Below are positions 35,887 through 46,793 of a stretch of DNA of 64,000 bases, one piece after another. Source of the DNA: Phaeosaccion multiseriatum (lineage: Eukaryota > Protista > Ochrophyta, other classes); the NCBI GenBank assembly GCA_965112735.1, contig OZ218957.1:2356001-2420000 (forward strand), in the 5' to 3' direction. The translations under genes and the position numbers were made by a program. Under the pieces are notes generated by a model. The model did no database searches. It was not told the origin of the DNA and saw only the letters and a list, made by a program, of their open reading frames with translations. Within the stretch, counting starts at the first letter, position 1. Every line of letters starts with the position of its first letter.

Positions 35887-38800
35887 TCATTTCGTGGGCT
35901 TCTTCCTGGCGAGAAACCTCGCCCTCGCCGCAGCCACCGCATCCGCCCGGCCCTGCCCCTCCGCCCCCGCGTCGGTCTTGGATACACCGATAGCAGAGGT
36001 AGGAGCAGCGCCGCTACCACTCCTTCCTCCCCCTCCCTTCCCGCTACTAGTGTTGCTGTTGCTGTTGCTGTTGCTGTCTGGCGGGGGGGGTAGGGTAGCC
36101 AAGCCACACAGCCTTCTGTAGTCCACAAGGCTAAGGTCACCGACGGCATCCATATGCTTGGAGATCCATCGACGCTTCACTGCAACCACGTGACGCATGA
36201 ATGGCCTGTGGGGGGGGGGGGACCAAGGATGGACAAGCGGCAGGAGGGGGGCTGGAGTGTGAGGTATTGGCCCCGTCTGTCTCTGCTGTCCTCCGCGCAT
36301 GGTGCTCTGGGAGAGCAAGGTACGCACACGCACACACATGCACACACACACGCATGCACAAACACATGCACAGACACACACACGCACACACACACGCACA
36401 CACACACACGCACACGCACACACACACACGCACACACACACATGCACAAACACATGCGTACGCACGCACCTTCCTGTGTAGACGAGCTCGGTGTAGAGCA
36501 CATGGTCCGGGGGCTCCGTGTGCAGGAGAGAGGACGAGTGATGGAGGTACCTGAGGGGGAGAGAGAGAGAGAGGGAGAGTAGAGAGAGATACAGAGAGAG
36601 AGAGGGGGAGAGTGAGGGACAGACAAAGAGAGAGAGGGAGAGAGAGTGAGAGTAGAGAGAGACACAGAGAGCGAGAGGGGGAGAGTGAGGGACAGACAGA
36701 GAGAGAGGGGGAGAGTGAGGGACAGACAGAGAGAGAGAGGGGGAGAGTGAGAGTAGAGAGAGACACAGAGAGCGAGAGGGGGAGAGTGAGGGACAGACAA
36801 AGAGAGAGAGAGGGAGAGAGAGTGAGAGTAGAGAGAGACACAGAGAGCGAGAGGGGGAGAGTGAGGGACAGACAGAGAGAGAGAGGGGGAGAGTGAGGGA
36901 CAGACAGAGAGAGAGGGGGAGAGTGAGAGTAGAGAGAGACACAGAGAGCGAGAGGGGGAGAGTGAGGGACAGACAGAGAGAGAGAGGGAGAGAGAGTGAG
37001 AGTAGAGAGAGACACAGAGAGCGAGAGGGGGAGAGTGAGGGACAGACAAAGAGAGAGAGGGAGAGAGAGTGAGAGTAGAGAGAGACACAGAGAGACAAAG
37101 AGGGTACAGAGGGAAGAGGAGGAGGAGAAGGAGGAGCAGGAGAAGAAACGTTAGACCAGCCCTTTCCTTCCCCTCCCCCTTTCCAGCTTTCTCCCCTCCC
37201 CCTCCCTCTCTTCCCTCCCTCCCCGCCCATCCACCCATCCCCCCCCCACTTCCCCCTCCCCTCCCCTCCCCTCCCCTCCCGTCCCCCCCGCCGAAACTCA
37301 CATGAGCTGAAGGTCCGTATTCTGCGTGAGACCGGGCACCCCCAGCGGCCTATACACGTCCTGTTTGGCACACTTTTGCCCCGCGTTGGTAAAGAGCCCC
37401 GCACAGAGCGCCTTGCAAACAGAGTCCAAGTCACCCCTGCAGCTGGACAGTCTCCCCACCGCCACACTTCCTCCTCCACGCCCTCCACTCCCTCCTCCTC
37501 CTCCTCCTGATCCTCCTCCTCCTTCTGTTGGAGTGAGTAGCTTAGCCTTGGCGACTTCTTCTGCCAGCTGTACCACCACCTTGCGAGCGGTCTTGAGGGC
37601 TCTGATACGCAGGAAGGATTTCTTTGCAAAGTCATCGCTGAAACCGCTTGCCTGCTCCGCCCCACCCCCCCCCCCCCACACACACACCCACACACACAAC
37701 ACGCAGAAACCCACAAACACACAGATCCAATCCGATGCGATCCAATCCCAGAAAGAAAAATGTGATCCCACACACACGCACACACGCACACACACAGGCA
37801 AACGCATGTACACAGACACAGGAAGAGAGAGACACGCACGTACACAGACACAGATAGAGACAGAGAGCGTACGTCAACAAAAAAAAACAGACGGGGGCCT
37901 CACGAAGAGATACAATGGAGAGGAGATGGTATAGAGGGAGGGAGGGAGGGAGGGAGGGAGGGAGGGAGGGAGGGAGGGAGGGAGGGAGAAAGGAAGACAG
38001 AGAGAAAAACGGGTGGTAGATATGAGTCCTTCCCCCCCGACCCTCTCCCCTCTATTCAGTCAATAAAGCGACCCTCTCCCCTCTATCAAGTCAATAAAGC
38101 GACCCTCTCCCCTCTATTAAGTCAATAAAGCGACCCTCTCCCCTCTATCAAGTCAATAAAGCGACCCTCTCCCCTCTATCAAGTCAATAAAGCGACCCTC
38201 TCCCCTCTATTAAGTCAATAAAGCGACCCTCTCCCCTCTATCAAGTCAATAAAGCGACCCTCTCCCCTCTATCAAGTCAATAAAGCGACCCTCTCCCCTC
38301 TTGCTCTCGACTCACCTCCCACGCCTGATACACCCGGAGGTAGGTAATTGGGTCTCCCTTGGGGTGCCAGAAGCGTGCATGGGCTGCCTCTGCCTCTTCA
38401 TCTACACCACCACCACCCCCACCACCACCACCACCACCACCACCACCACCTGCCCTGCTGTTGCCGCCCTTGTTGGGGCCACTGTTGGGTTTCCCTCTCC
38501 TGCTGTACCATACGCTCTCTGTGCTGAGCAGGCTGACAATGGTGACAATCTCGAGCAGGCAACCGAGCCGAGCGGCCTCCACCACCACTCTTGTAGAGGG
38601 AGGGAGGGAGGGAGGGAGGGAGGGAGGGAGAGGGGGCAAGGGTCGGATTTGGAACAAGCAGAGCTGGCAGCAAGGAGGATCACATTCTCTTGCAACCTAC
38701 CCACCTACACCATACCTACCCACCCACCCACCCACCCACCCAACCAACCTGCTGAGGCTCGGTTCCAGCGGAAAGGCACTCATCTTGTGGCCCACCTCCG

Positions 38801-38967
38801 TAACGTTTCCGTAACTGTCAATGGCCCCCAGACAGAACAGCTCCAAAAGTGCCTCCTTGAGCTGCTCCGTGGAAGGGCTGTCCAAGTATTCGAACCCGAG
38901 TACGTCCTTGATGCCCAGCACCTGAGGGAGGAGGAGGAGGAGGAGGAGGAGGAGGAGGAGGAGGGGG

Positions 38968-39002
<35 letters not shown>

Positions 39003-40057
39003 GAGGAGCAGGAGCAGGAGCAGGAGGAGGAGGAGGAGGAGGAGGAGGAGGAGGAGGAGGAGGAGGAGGAGGAGGAGGAGGAGGAGGAGGGGGGGGATGG
39101 GGAGGGGGAGGGAGAAGGAGGGAGGGCTAGGGTCATGGTCATGCTGGTCCCTTGCCCTCAGTTCTTCTGAAACGCCAAGCCCTTCGTCCTGACACCTCCT
39201 TCCCTCTGTCCTGAGTCCTGCCACTTCCCTCTGTGCACTCAGTCCTGACACCCCTAACCTTGAGATACAGCACGGTGTTGGCCAAGTTGGTCCTGAGAAT
39301 CTCTGGCACAGTTTCGTGCATCATCAGGGCCAGGCACTCTCTGGGGGATGGCAGTGGATGGAGGGAAGGTCGGAGGCAGGGGAGGGCAGGAGGGAGGAAG
39401 GGAGAGACAGAGGAAGGAAGAGAGGAGGGGAGGAAAGGAGGGAGGGAGGAGGGGGGGGGCAGGAGGGAGGAAGGGAAAGACAGAGGAAGGAAGAGAGGAG
39501 GGGCGGGAAGGAGGGAGGGAGGAGGGGGGGGGCAGGAGGGAGGAAGGGAAAGACAGAGGAAGGAAGAGAGGAGGGGCGGGAAGGAGGGAGGGAGGAGGGA
39601 TATGATGCATGGTATGCATTGCCAGGAAAGTACAACAGTGAGTGTGCAGTCACCGTGCAGTCACACCAACAGATATGAGGAGTGTACAGTCACACAGTGC
39701 AAGTGCAATCACAACAACACACTACCTGGTGTAGAGGCACAACAACACACTACCTGGTGTAGAGGCACAACAACACACTACCTGGTGTAGAGGCACAACA
39801 ACACACTACCTGGTGTAGAGGCACAACAACACACTACCTGGTGTAGAGGCGATAGCACTGGCCCGCCGCCGTCCTGCCTGCTCGGCCTGCTCGCTGCTGG
39901 GCAGCCACCTGTACCCGACCCGACCCGACACGGACAAGGGAGTGAGGGGGTTGGTGAGTGGGTGAATGGGTGAGTGGGTGAGTGAGTGGGTGAGTGAGTG
40001 AATGGGTGAGTGAGAAACAACAACAATAACAACAAACGCAACAAGAACAATAACAAT

Positions 40058-40095
<38 letters not shown>

Positions 40096-43000
40096 CCACA
40101 AGGGAAGGAGGACAGTCCGCCGTAATGACTTCCTTCTGCCCCACCCTACCCTACCCCAACCCACTCTTCTCCACCCTCCCCTCCCCTCCCCTCCCCTCCC
40201 CTCCCCTCCCCTCCCCTCCCCTCCCCCACCCTACCCGCGATATCGGCACGACAACGAGCGACTCCATCCTCCTGTTGGGATCGAAGGCCTTCTGCTTGAC
40301 GTAGCCCGTGTCGACGACAAACTTGACACCAGGCACCGTCACGGACGTCTCTGCAATGTTGGTGGCCACCACCACCTGATTATAGCAACAGCAGTTGGTG
40401 ATACAACAGCGTTGATTCAAAGGAGGAGGGAGGGAAGGGGATCAAGGATATGGCAACAGCAGCAACAGCAGTTGGTGATACAACAGCATTGATTCAAAGG
40501 AGGAGGGAGGGAAGGGGATCAAGGATATAGCAACAGCAGCAACAGCAGCAGCAGCAGCAATTGGCGATACAGCAGCACAGCATGGCTCAAGTGTCAAGGG
40601 CATAACAGCAGCAGCAGTTGGTGATACAATAGCATTGTACAAGAGCATTGTATGGGTCAAGGGCATAAGCCTGCGACTGCCTGCCTGTCGCACACTGCCC
40701 GTATGCCTACGACTGCCTGCCTCTATGCCTCTGCGACTGCCTGCCCATATGCCTGCCACTACCTGACTGCATGTGTGCCTCTGCGACTGCCTGCCCATAT
40801 GCCTGCCACTACCTGACTGCATGTGTGCCTCTGCGACTGCCTGCCCATATGCCTGCCACTACCTGACTGCATGTGTGCCTCTGCGACTGCCTGCCCATAT
40901 GCCTGCCACTACCTGACTGCATGTGTGCCTCTGCGACTGCCTGCCCATATGCCTGCCACTACCTGACTGCATGTGTGCCTCTGCGACTGCCTGCCCATAT
41001 GCCTGCCACTACCTGACTGCATGTGTGCCTCTGCGACTGCCTGCCCATATGCCTGCGACTGCCTGCCCATATGCCTACGACTGCCTGCCCATATGCCTCT
41101 ACGACTGCCTGCCCATAAGCCTACGACTGCCTGCCCATATGCCTACGACTGCCCGCCCATATGCCTACGACTGCCTGCCCATATGCCTACGACAGCGACT
41201 GCCTGCCCATATGCCCACGACAGCCTGCCCATATGCCTCTACGACTGCCTGCCCATATGCCTACGACAGCCTGCCCATATGCCTACGACTGCCTGCCCAT
41301 ATGCCTACGACTGCCTGCCCATATGCCTCTACGACTGCCTTTATGCTTCTGTCCCCACCTTGCGTGTGCGCGTCATGTCCACCCCTTGAAAGGCGATTTG
41401 CTGCATGTCCCCGGCCAAGGATCCGTACAGGGGCACCACCTTAAGGGATGGGATGGCAGTGGATGGGTGAAGGGGGATGGCAGTGAACGGAAGAGGGAGG
41501 TAGGGGGAAGGGGTAGGGGGTGGTAGACCGTCACCTTTCGCGTCCTCGACCAGCAAGGTCCAAAAGCTCCCTCTCTCTGCCCTCTCTCCCCTCTGCTCTC
41601 CCTCTCTTTGCGCTTGCTCTATCCCCTATTCTCTCTCTCTTTCATCCCCTCTTCTCTCGCCTCTAATCTCTCTAATCTCTCATCTTTCTCTCCCCTCCCC
41701 TCCCCTCTGCCTCCCTGCTCTTCAGTCCCTCCTCTCTCTGCCTCTGCCCTCCATCTGTCTTCCCCCTGTCCTCTCTCTCTGACCTTCATGCTGATCTCCT
41801 GCTCGGGAGCGACCTTCGCTGCCTCCTCAATGAGGCGACACGCCTTCTCTATCTCATCCTGCCCTGTTAGGAACAGCAGTATGTGCCCCTCGCCCTGCCC
41901 TCGACATATGCGTGCAAATAGCACAAACATACACACAGAGAGAAAGGGGGGAGGGATGGAGAGGGAGGGGGAAAGACAAGAGAGAGAGGGACAGAGAAGG
42001 GGAGAGTGGGAGAGACAGAGGGAGGGAGGGAGGGAGGGAGGGAGACGGGACGGGCCAATAGTCAGGTTGGTGAAGAGAAGAGCACTACGAGTAAGCCACA
42101 GGAGCAGCAGCAATGACAGAGATAGGTACACAAGTATAGGTAAGTGAGGAGAGAGAGAAGGGTGCCGCTGCAGCAGTTGGTGATACAATGTACATGCATC
42201 AGCGGCAGCGGGGCTATAGGAGGGAGGGTTGGTTCGGAGGGCTCATTCACACCTCCCTCCCTTCCTCTGTAGCACCAACTCCCTCACCTGCGATCGGTGT
42301 ATCTTCATGACGAGCTCCACGGCGTCAGTGACGTATCTGCTTCCCGAGGCGGGGCCGTTCGCCGTCATCACCTGCATGTTTGTGGGTTGGTGATACAGCA
42401 GCAGAGGCAGTGGAAGGAACAGCATTACTTGGTGATATAGCAGCAGTTGGCGATACAGCAGCAGCAGTAGCCTTGCTGTGAGTATAGGGCACTGGTAAAG
42501 AAGGTCTAACACAGAATGTAACTGCAACCCTCACCCACCTGCTTGTGCTTGCTGTGGTACACGTCCACATCGAAGAGCCTGCCCGGCACCGCCACGCTCG
42601 GGCACTTTCCGTAGTACGAACAGAACTTGTCCACATCCAGAGTGGCGCTCGTCACCACCGCCTGCCAGCAGTTGACCGTACAGAAAACAGCAGTCGGTCA
42701 TACCGTCACACAGCAGTTGGTCATACAGTCACAACAGTAATTGTAGCTCACAGCTGATGGTCAAAGAGCCACAGCAGTTACCCATACACCCCATTCCTCT
42801 CCTCCCTCTCCTCCCTCCCTCCCTCTCCTCCCTCCCTCCCTCTCCTCCCTCCCTCCCTCTCCTTCCTCCCTCCCTCTCCTCCCTCCCTCCCTCCCTCTCC
42901 TCCCTCCCTCCCTCCCCCCCTCTCCTCCCTCCCTCCCTCCCTCCCCTCCCCTGACCTTGAGATCTGGTCTGGCCTTGAGCGCTCTCTTGAGCAGCCCAAA

Positions 43001-44507
43001 GAGCACGTCGGTGTGTATGCTCCGCTCGTGCGCCTCGTCCAGCATCACGCATCCGTATCTGCGCAGGCAGAGGGATGAGGCATTCTATACGTTAGGGGGG
43101 TTTGGGCTAGTAAGGTTGCCCTTCGCTTTCATCTCCCCCCCCCTTTTCTTCCGCCGCTGTGAGAGGCCCATACCTGCTCAAGAGGGGGTCCGCCAGGCAC
43201 TCACGCACCAGCACGCCGTCGGTCTAGAGAAGAAAGGGAGGGGCAAGAGAGAAGTGAGAAGGAAAGATGGATGTACCCTGTAAGAGAACGCGTAGAGGGG
43301 GTCTATTGAAAGGGAACGAGGGGTGTGATAGGACGCGGGAGGAGAAAAAAGGGAAGATGGATCAAAGAGAGCGCCAATAAAGCCGGGCTTGACACAGGCT
43401 TGACATGGGCTTGACATGGGCTTGACATGGGCTTGACATGACCTTTACTCGCCAAATGCTTTTCGCCATTTCCCCATCATGTGCTCTTCCTCCTCCTTCT
43501 CCTTCTCGTCCTCCTGCTGTGCTGCTGCTCCTCCTCCTCCTCCTCCTCCTCCTCCTCCTCCTCCTCCTCCTCCTCCTCCTCCTCCTCCTCCTCCTTCCTC
43601 CTCCTCCTCCTCCTCCTTCCCCCTCTCTCCCTACCACCTCCGTCCTCTCTCCCTATCTCCCACCCATTCCGCCTCTCTCCCTCCCTTCCTCACGCACCAT
43701 GTACTTAATCCGGGTATCCTCAGACGTGCGGTCATCAAAGCGAACGGTGTACCCCACCTCTCCACCCAACCTGCCTCCGCCCCTCTCCTCTGCGACTCTC
43801 TTGGCCACCGAAGTCGCAGCAACCCGCCTGGGCTGCGTCACCGCCACCTGCAGCCGTCCCTGCTTCCGGGTCGGCCCCGCCTCCACTCTTCTTTGGGCTT
43901 GGGTTAGCTCCTGCGGAGACGGCATCTTAATCTTGTCTCCCCACCTGCTGGGCTTGGTCGTCGTCGCTGCTGCTGCTGCTGCTGCGAGCTTAGGAGCATC
44001 CTCTGCGCCAGCCGCCCCTCCCCCTCCTGCTCCCGCCACCCCCCCTCTCTCTCCTTCCTGCAGCAGCTCCAGGAGGTACTGGGGGATCTGCGTGGTCTTG
44101 CCCGAGCCTGTCTCACCCGTGCACACGACCACCTGATGCTCTCTGACGGCGCGCATGAGCTCGCCCTTAAAGAGGGTGACGGGCAGGTCTTCTCGTGCGA
44201 GTCTGATGGCCTCGCTTCTTTCATCTTCTTCAGCAGGCCGCTGCCTCTTCCTGCCCCTCTCTCCCCCCCCCCCTCTCTCGCTTCCTTCGCTCCCTTCGCT
44301 TAGGCTGCGCCTGCGCGTCTCCCAGCGACCCTTCCTTCCTTTGCTGCGGCCCTCCCTGCTACCCTCGCCGTTGGCTCGACTTTCATCTCCCCGTACGCGA
44401 TCGCGCCCCTCGTCAAGCTCCCGCTTCCTTCGCCCTGCACTTCTACTCCTACTTCTACTGCTGCTGGGGCTACTCCTGCTGCGGCTGCGGGAGCTTGAGC
44501 GTGCCAT
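35887..44507 (-). CDS. DEAH-box RNA helicase (Prp22/DHX8-DHX40-like), many exons, RS-rich N-terminus
   Basis: [121 protein letters not shown]2 ([15 protein letters not shown]), OB (YLHHSSSL) and terminal [12 protein letters not shown]. Confidence 0.93.
36560..37100. repeat. Compound GA-rich intronic satellite (gagagtgagggacagacagaga... units)
   Basis: Direct inspection. Confidence 0.85.
38039..38300. repeat. 31-bp intronic minisatellite (gaccctctcccctctatcaagtcaataaagc), ~8 copies
   Basis: Direct inspection. Confidence 0.92.
39716..39850. repeat. 28-bp tandem repeat spanning an exon/5'-splice-site junction of the helicase gene, ~5 copies
   Basis: Unit actacctggtgtagaggcacaacaacac. On the - strand it reads ...ctctacaccag|GTAGT. 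Confidence 0.9.
40668..41340. repeat. Intronic satellite built from cgactgcctgcccatatgcct with 52-bp higher-order units
   Basis: Direct inspection. It explains the spurious Cys-rich ORFs at 40923-41526. Confidence 0.92.
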
Positions 44508-44645
44508 CCCTCTCTAAAAAAAGGAAAGGGAGAAGGAAAAAAAAGGAAGTTGCAACCAACTGTGAGTTTGCCGATATAACCAACAAGCGTACTTTCACTC
44601 ATTCTTCCACCTTGAACTTGCGACACATAAAAAAGTAGTCTCAGG

Positions 44646-45067
44646 ATGGCCACAGCAGCAGCAGCCGCTCTTGTACAAAAGGAGAAGGAAGATGAAATCG
44701 AAAAGAGCACCTCTGTTGAGCAAGAGAATGGAGTTCTTCCGGACCGTAAGTGAATATTGTTGTTTGTTCCCGCTGTTCACCGCTTGAATTAGCTCCTCCC
44801 CCCCCCCACGCCCTCACTCCCCCCGCCTTCCCTCTCCTCTTCAGGGGTGCTGAGTTACATTCTCTTTCTCGTCGTGGTGGCAGTCCTCCTGGCCCTGCTA
44901 GCCCATTGGGAAGGGTAAGACCATCCGTGGGGGGGGGGGGAGGGGTTTCATTTTCTCATCTCCTTTCTTGTGTCATCGCTGCTTTACTTAGGCCGCTGTC
45001 CCACCCTCCACATTTCGTTCACTACAACAGATTTACCGTTGTGGACCACCAGGACCACTACCTTTAG
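44646..45067 (+). CDS. Small single-pass membrane protein (~68 aa) missing from the ORF track; exons 44646-44745, 44845-44914, 45031-45067
   Basis: Canonical GTAAGT/GTAAGA donors and pyrimidine-rich CAG acceptors give, in frame, MATAAAAALVQKEKEDEIEKSTSVEQENGVLPDRVLSYILFLVVVAVLLALLAHWEGFTVVDHQDHYL*. Confidence 0.6.
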
Positions 45068-45421
45068 GGCTTTCAGCTTCATGACTCTCTCAGCTTCTGT
45101 TGCTGTTGCGGACAGGGCGGAGCGGCACCCCTCTGCTGTACTGCCTACCAGAGCGCACTACCCAGATGCAACGATGTTCATAGATATAGATGTAGCTTTG
45201 TTCGAACCGAAGGCTTTCCTTCCAGGCGTGTACCATATGCAAAAGGGAGATTACATGTTTAAAAAGGAGGGGAGGAGGACTTGGCCCATGGGATAGTACA
45301 GTGCTTAACACACAAGGACGACCGAAGAAGAAGAAGAAGCAGTTTTATTCACGGGGGCTACGTATACTGAATATAGTTTTGATCGTTAAAAAAAAAGTGG
45401 AAGGGGAGGAAAACCTTTGGC

Positions 45422-46672
45422 CTACGCCAGGGCAGAGAAGTAATTTCCTTGGCTCTGAGTGGCACCAGCCGCTCCTCTCCCTCCGCGTCCCCCACTTCCT
45501 CGTCCACCTCGTCCACCTCGTCCACCTCCTCCCCTCCCTGGTCCTCCTCCTCCTCCTTCTCCTCCCCCGCCCCTTCCCCCCCTTCCCCCCCGTCCTCCTC
45601 CACGGGTCGGCGGGCGACGACCACGGCCAGCCGCATGCATTGCTGTCCGGACAGCAATCATGACCTTATGATGGCCCTTCCCTGTGAGGTGCTCCTGGAG
45701 CTGAGGAGGGCTGGTGAACTGCTTGCGACACACCTTACAAAAGCTCATTTTGCGCTCCCGGGTCGCCGCCTCGGCGTGTAAGGGCGTTTGCTTGTGCTGC
45801 TCCAGCTCTTGCGCGTTCCTTCCCTCGAACTGGCACGCCCTGCACCAGAAGGGCACCCTCTCTGCCGAGCGGCACTTGTACGTAGCCAGCAGCTCCTTCA
45901 CGGTATCCGCCAGACCAGAGCCGCTGGTGCCAGGGTCACCAGCGCGAGCCACATCTCCTCCTCCTCCTCCTCCTCCTCCTCCTCCTCCTCCTCCTCCTCC
46001 TCCTCCTCCTCCTCCTCCTCCTCCTCCTCCTCCTCCTCCTCCCACCTCATCGACGGGACCCCCTCCACTCGCCCTTCCTTCCTCTGACGCTGCTCCTACT
46101 GCCCCTTCTCCCCCTACCGCTGTTCGTTGCCTCTTCTTACCTTTACTTGGTGCCTTATTCGTGCCTCTGCCCACTGCACAGCCAGCCGCGGGAAGGAGGT
46201 GGCCCGGCAGACTTCCTATTCTCTCCTCCGAGTTTAGACTGGAGAGGACCACCACGCCAGCACCTTCCTCCTCATCACTCCTTCTATCACTGTCCTCTTC
46301 GTCGCTTCGTTTCCGCCTTTTACGGGCAGCACTCCTCCTTTCGCCCTCCCTTCCCATGTCATCATCACACTCACTGTCGCTATCACCCTCACTACTACTA
46401 CTACTACTACTACTACTGCTGCGGCTACTGCTGCCCTCCTCCAGCTCTTCTTCCAGTCTGCGTATTTGCTCGTCAATGTCGACGCCAGCAGCGGCGCTCG
46501 CGCTGCTCTTTGCCGGAAGCTCCTCCCTCTCGCTCTTCTCCAGCTGCGGTCGGCCTCTCTTGCGCCCCTGCCCCGTCCTCATCTTCAAGAGACGCGTCAT
46601 GGTCAGAGGTCGCTTCTTCCCCTGCCTATGCTTCTTCCCATCTGGACGCAGGCCTCCTTCTGCTGAAGCCAT
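45422..46672 (-). CDS. Intronless nuclear protein with two U1/matrin-type C2H2 zinc fingers and a C-terminal RGG tail
   Basis: FWCRACQF...LEQHKQTPLH and FCKVCRKQFTSPPQLQEHLTGKGH; basic NLS-like clusters; RGGGRGGRGGRGG repeats. Confidence 0.8.
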   Translation of the reverse strand: MASAEGGLRPDGKKHRQGKKRPLTMTRLLKMRTGQGRKRGRPQLEKSEREELPAKSSASAAAGVDIDEQIRRLEEELEEGSSSRSSSSSSSSSSEGDSDSECDDDMGREGERRSAARKRRKRSDEEDSDRRSDEEEGAGVVVLSSLNSEERIGSLPGHLLPAAGCAVGRGTNKAPSKGKKRQRTAVGGEGAVGAASEEGRASGGGPVDEVGGGGGGGGGGGGGGGGGGGGGGGGGGGGGDVARAGDPGTSGSGLADTVKELLATYKCRSAERVPFWCRACQFEGRNAQELEQHKQTPLHAEAATRERKMSFCKVCRKQFTSPPQLQEHLTGKGHHKVMIAVRTAMHAAGRGRRPPTRGGGRGGRGGRGGGGEGGGGGPGRGGGGRGGRGGRGSGGRGGRGAAGATQSQGNYFSALA

Positions 46673-46793
46673 CCCTTAAAGTCTGTACAGTAGTGCTCCC
46701 TCAGCGAGGGCGAAGAAAACAAAACTCAAAGCGAAAAAGAGTGAGTGCGCGCCTACACCCAAAGAGAGGTCTGGAGAGAGGTCACACAGGGCG

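Noticed and set aside
38039-38300. 31-bp repeats of CRISPR-like length
   Set aside because: Head-to-tail with no spacers, inside a helicase intron.
40923-41526. Cys-rich ORFs resembling metallothionein or keratin-associated proteins
   Set aside because: They are translations of an intronic satellite on the antisense strand of the helicase gene.
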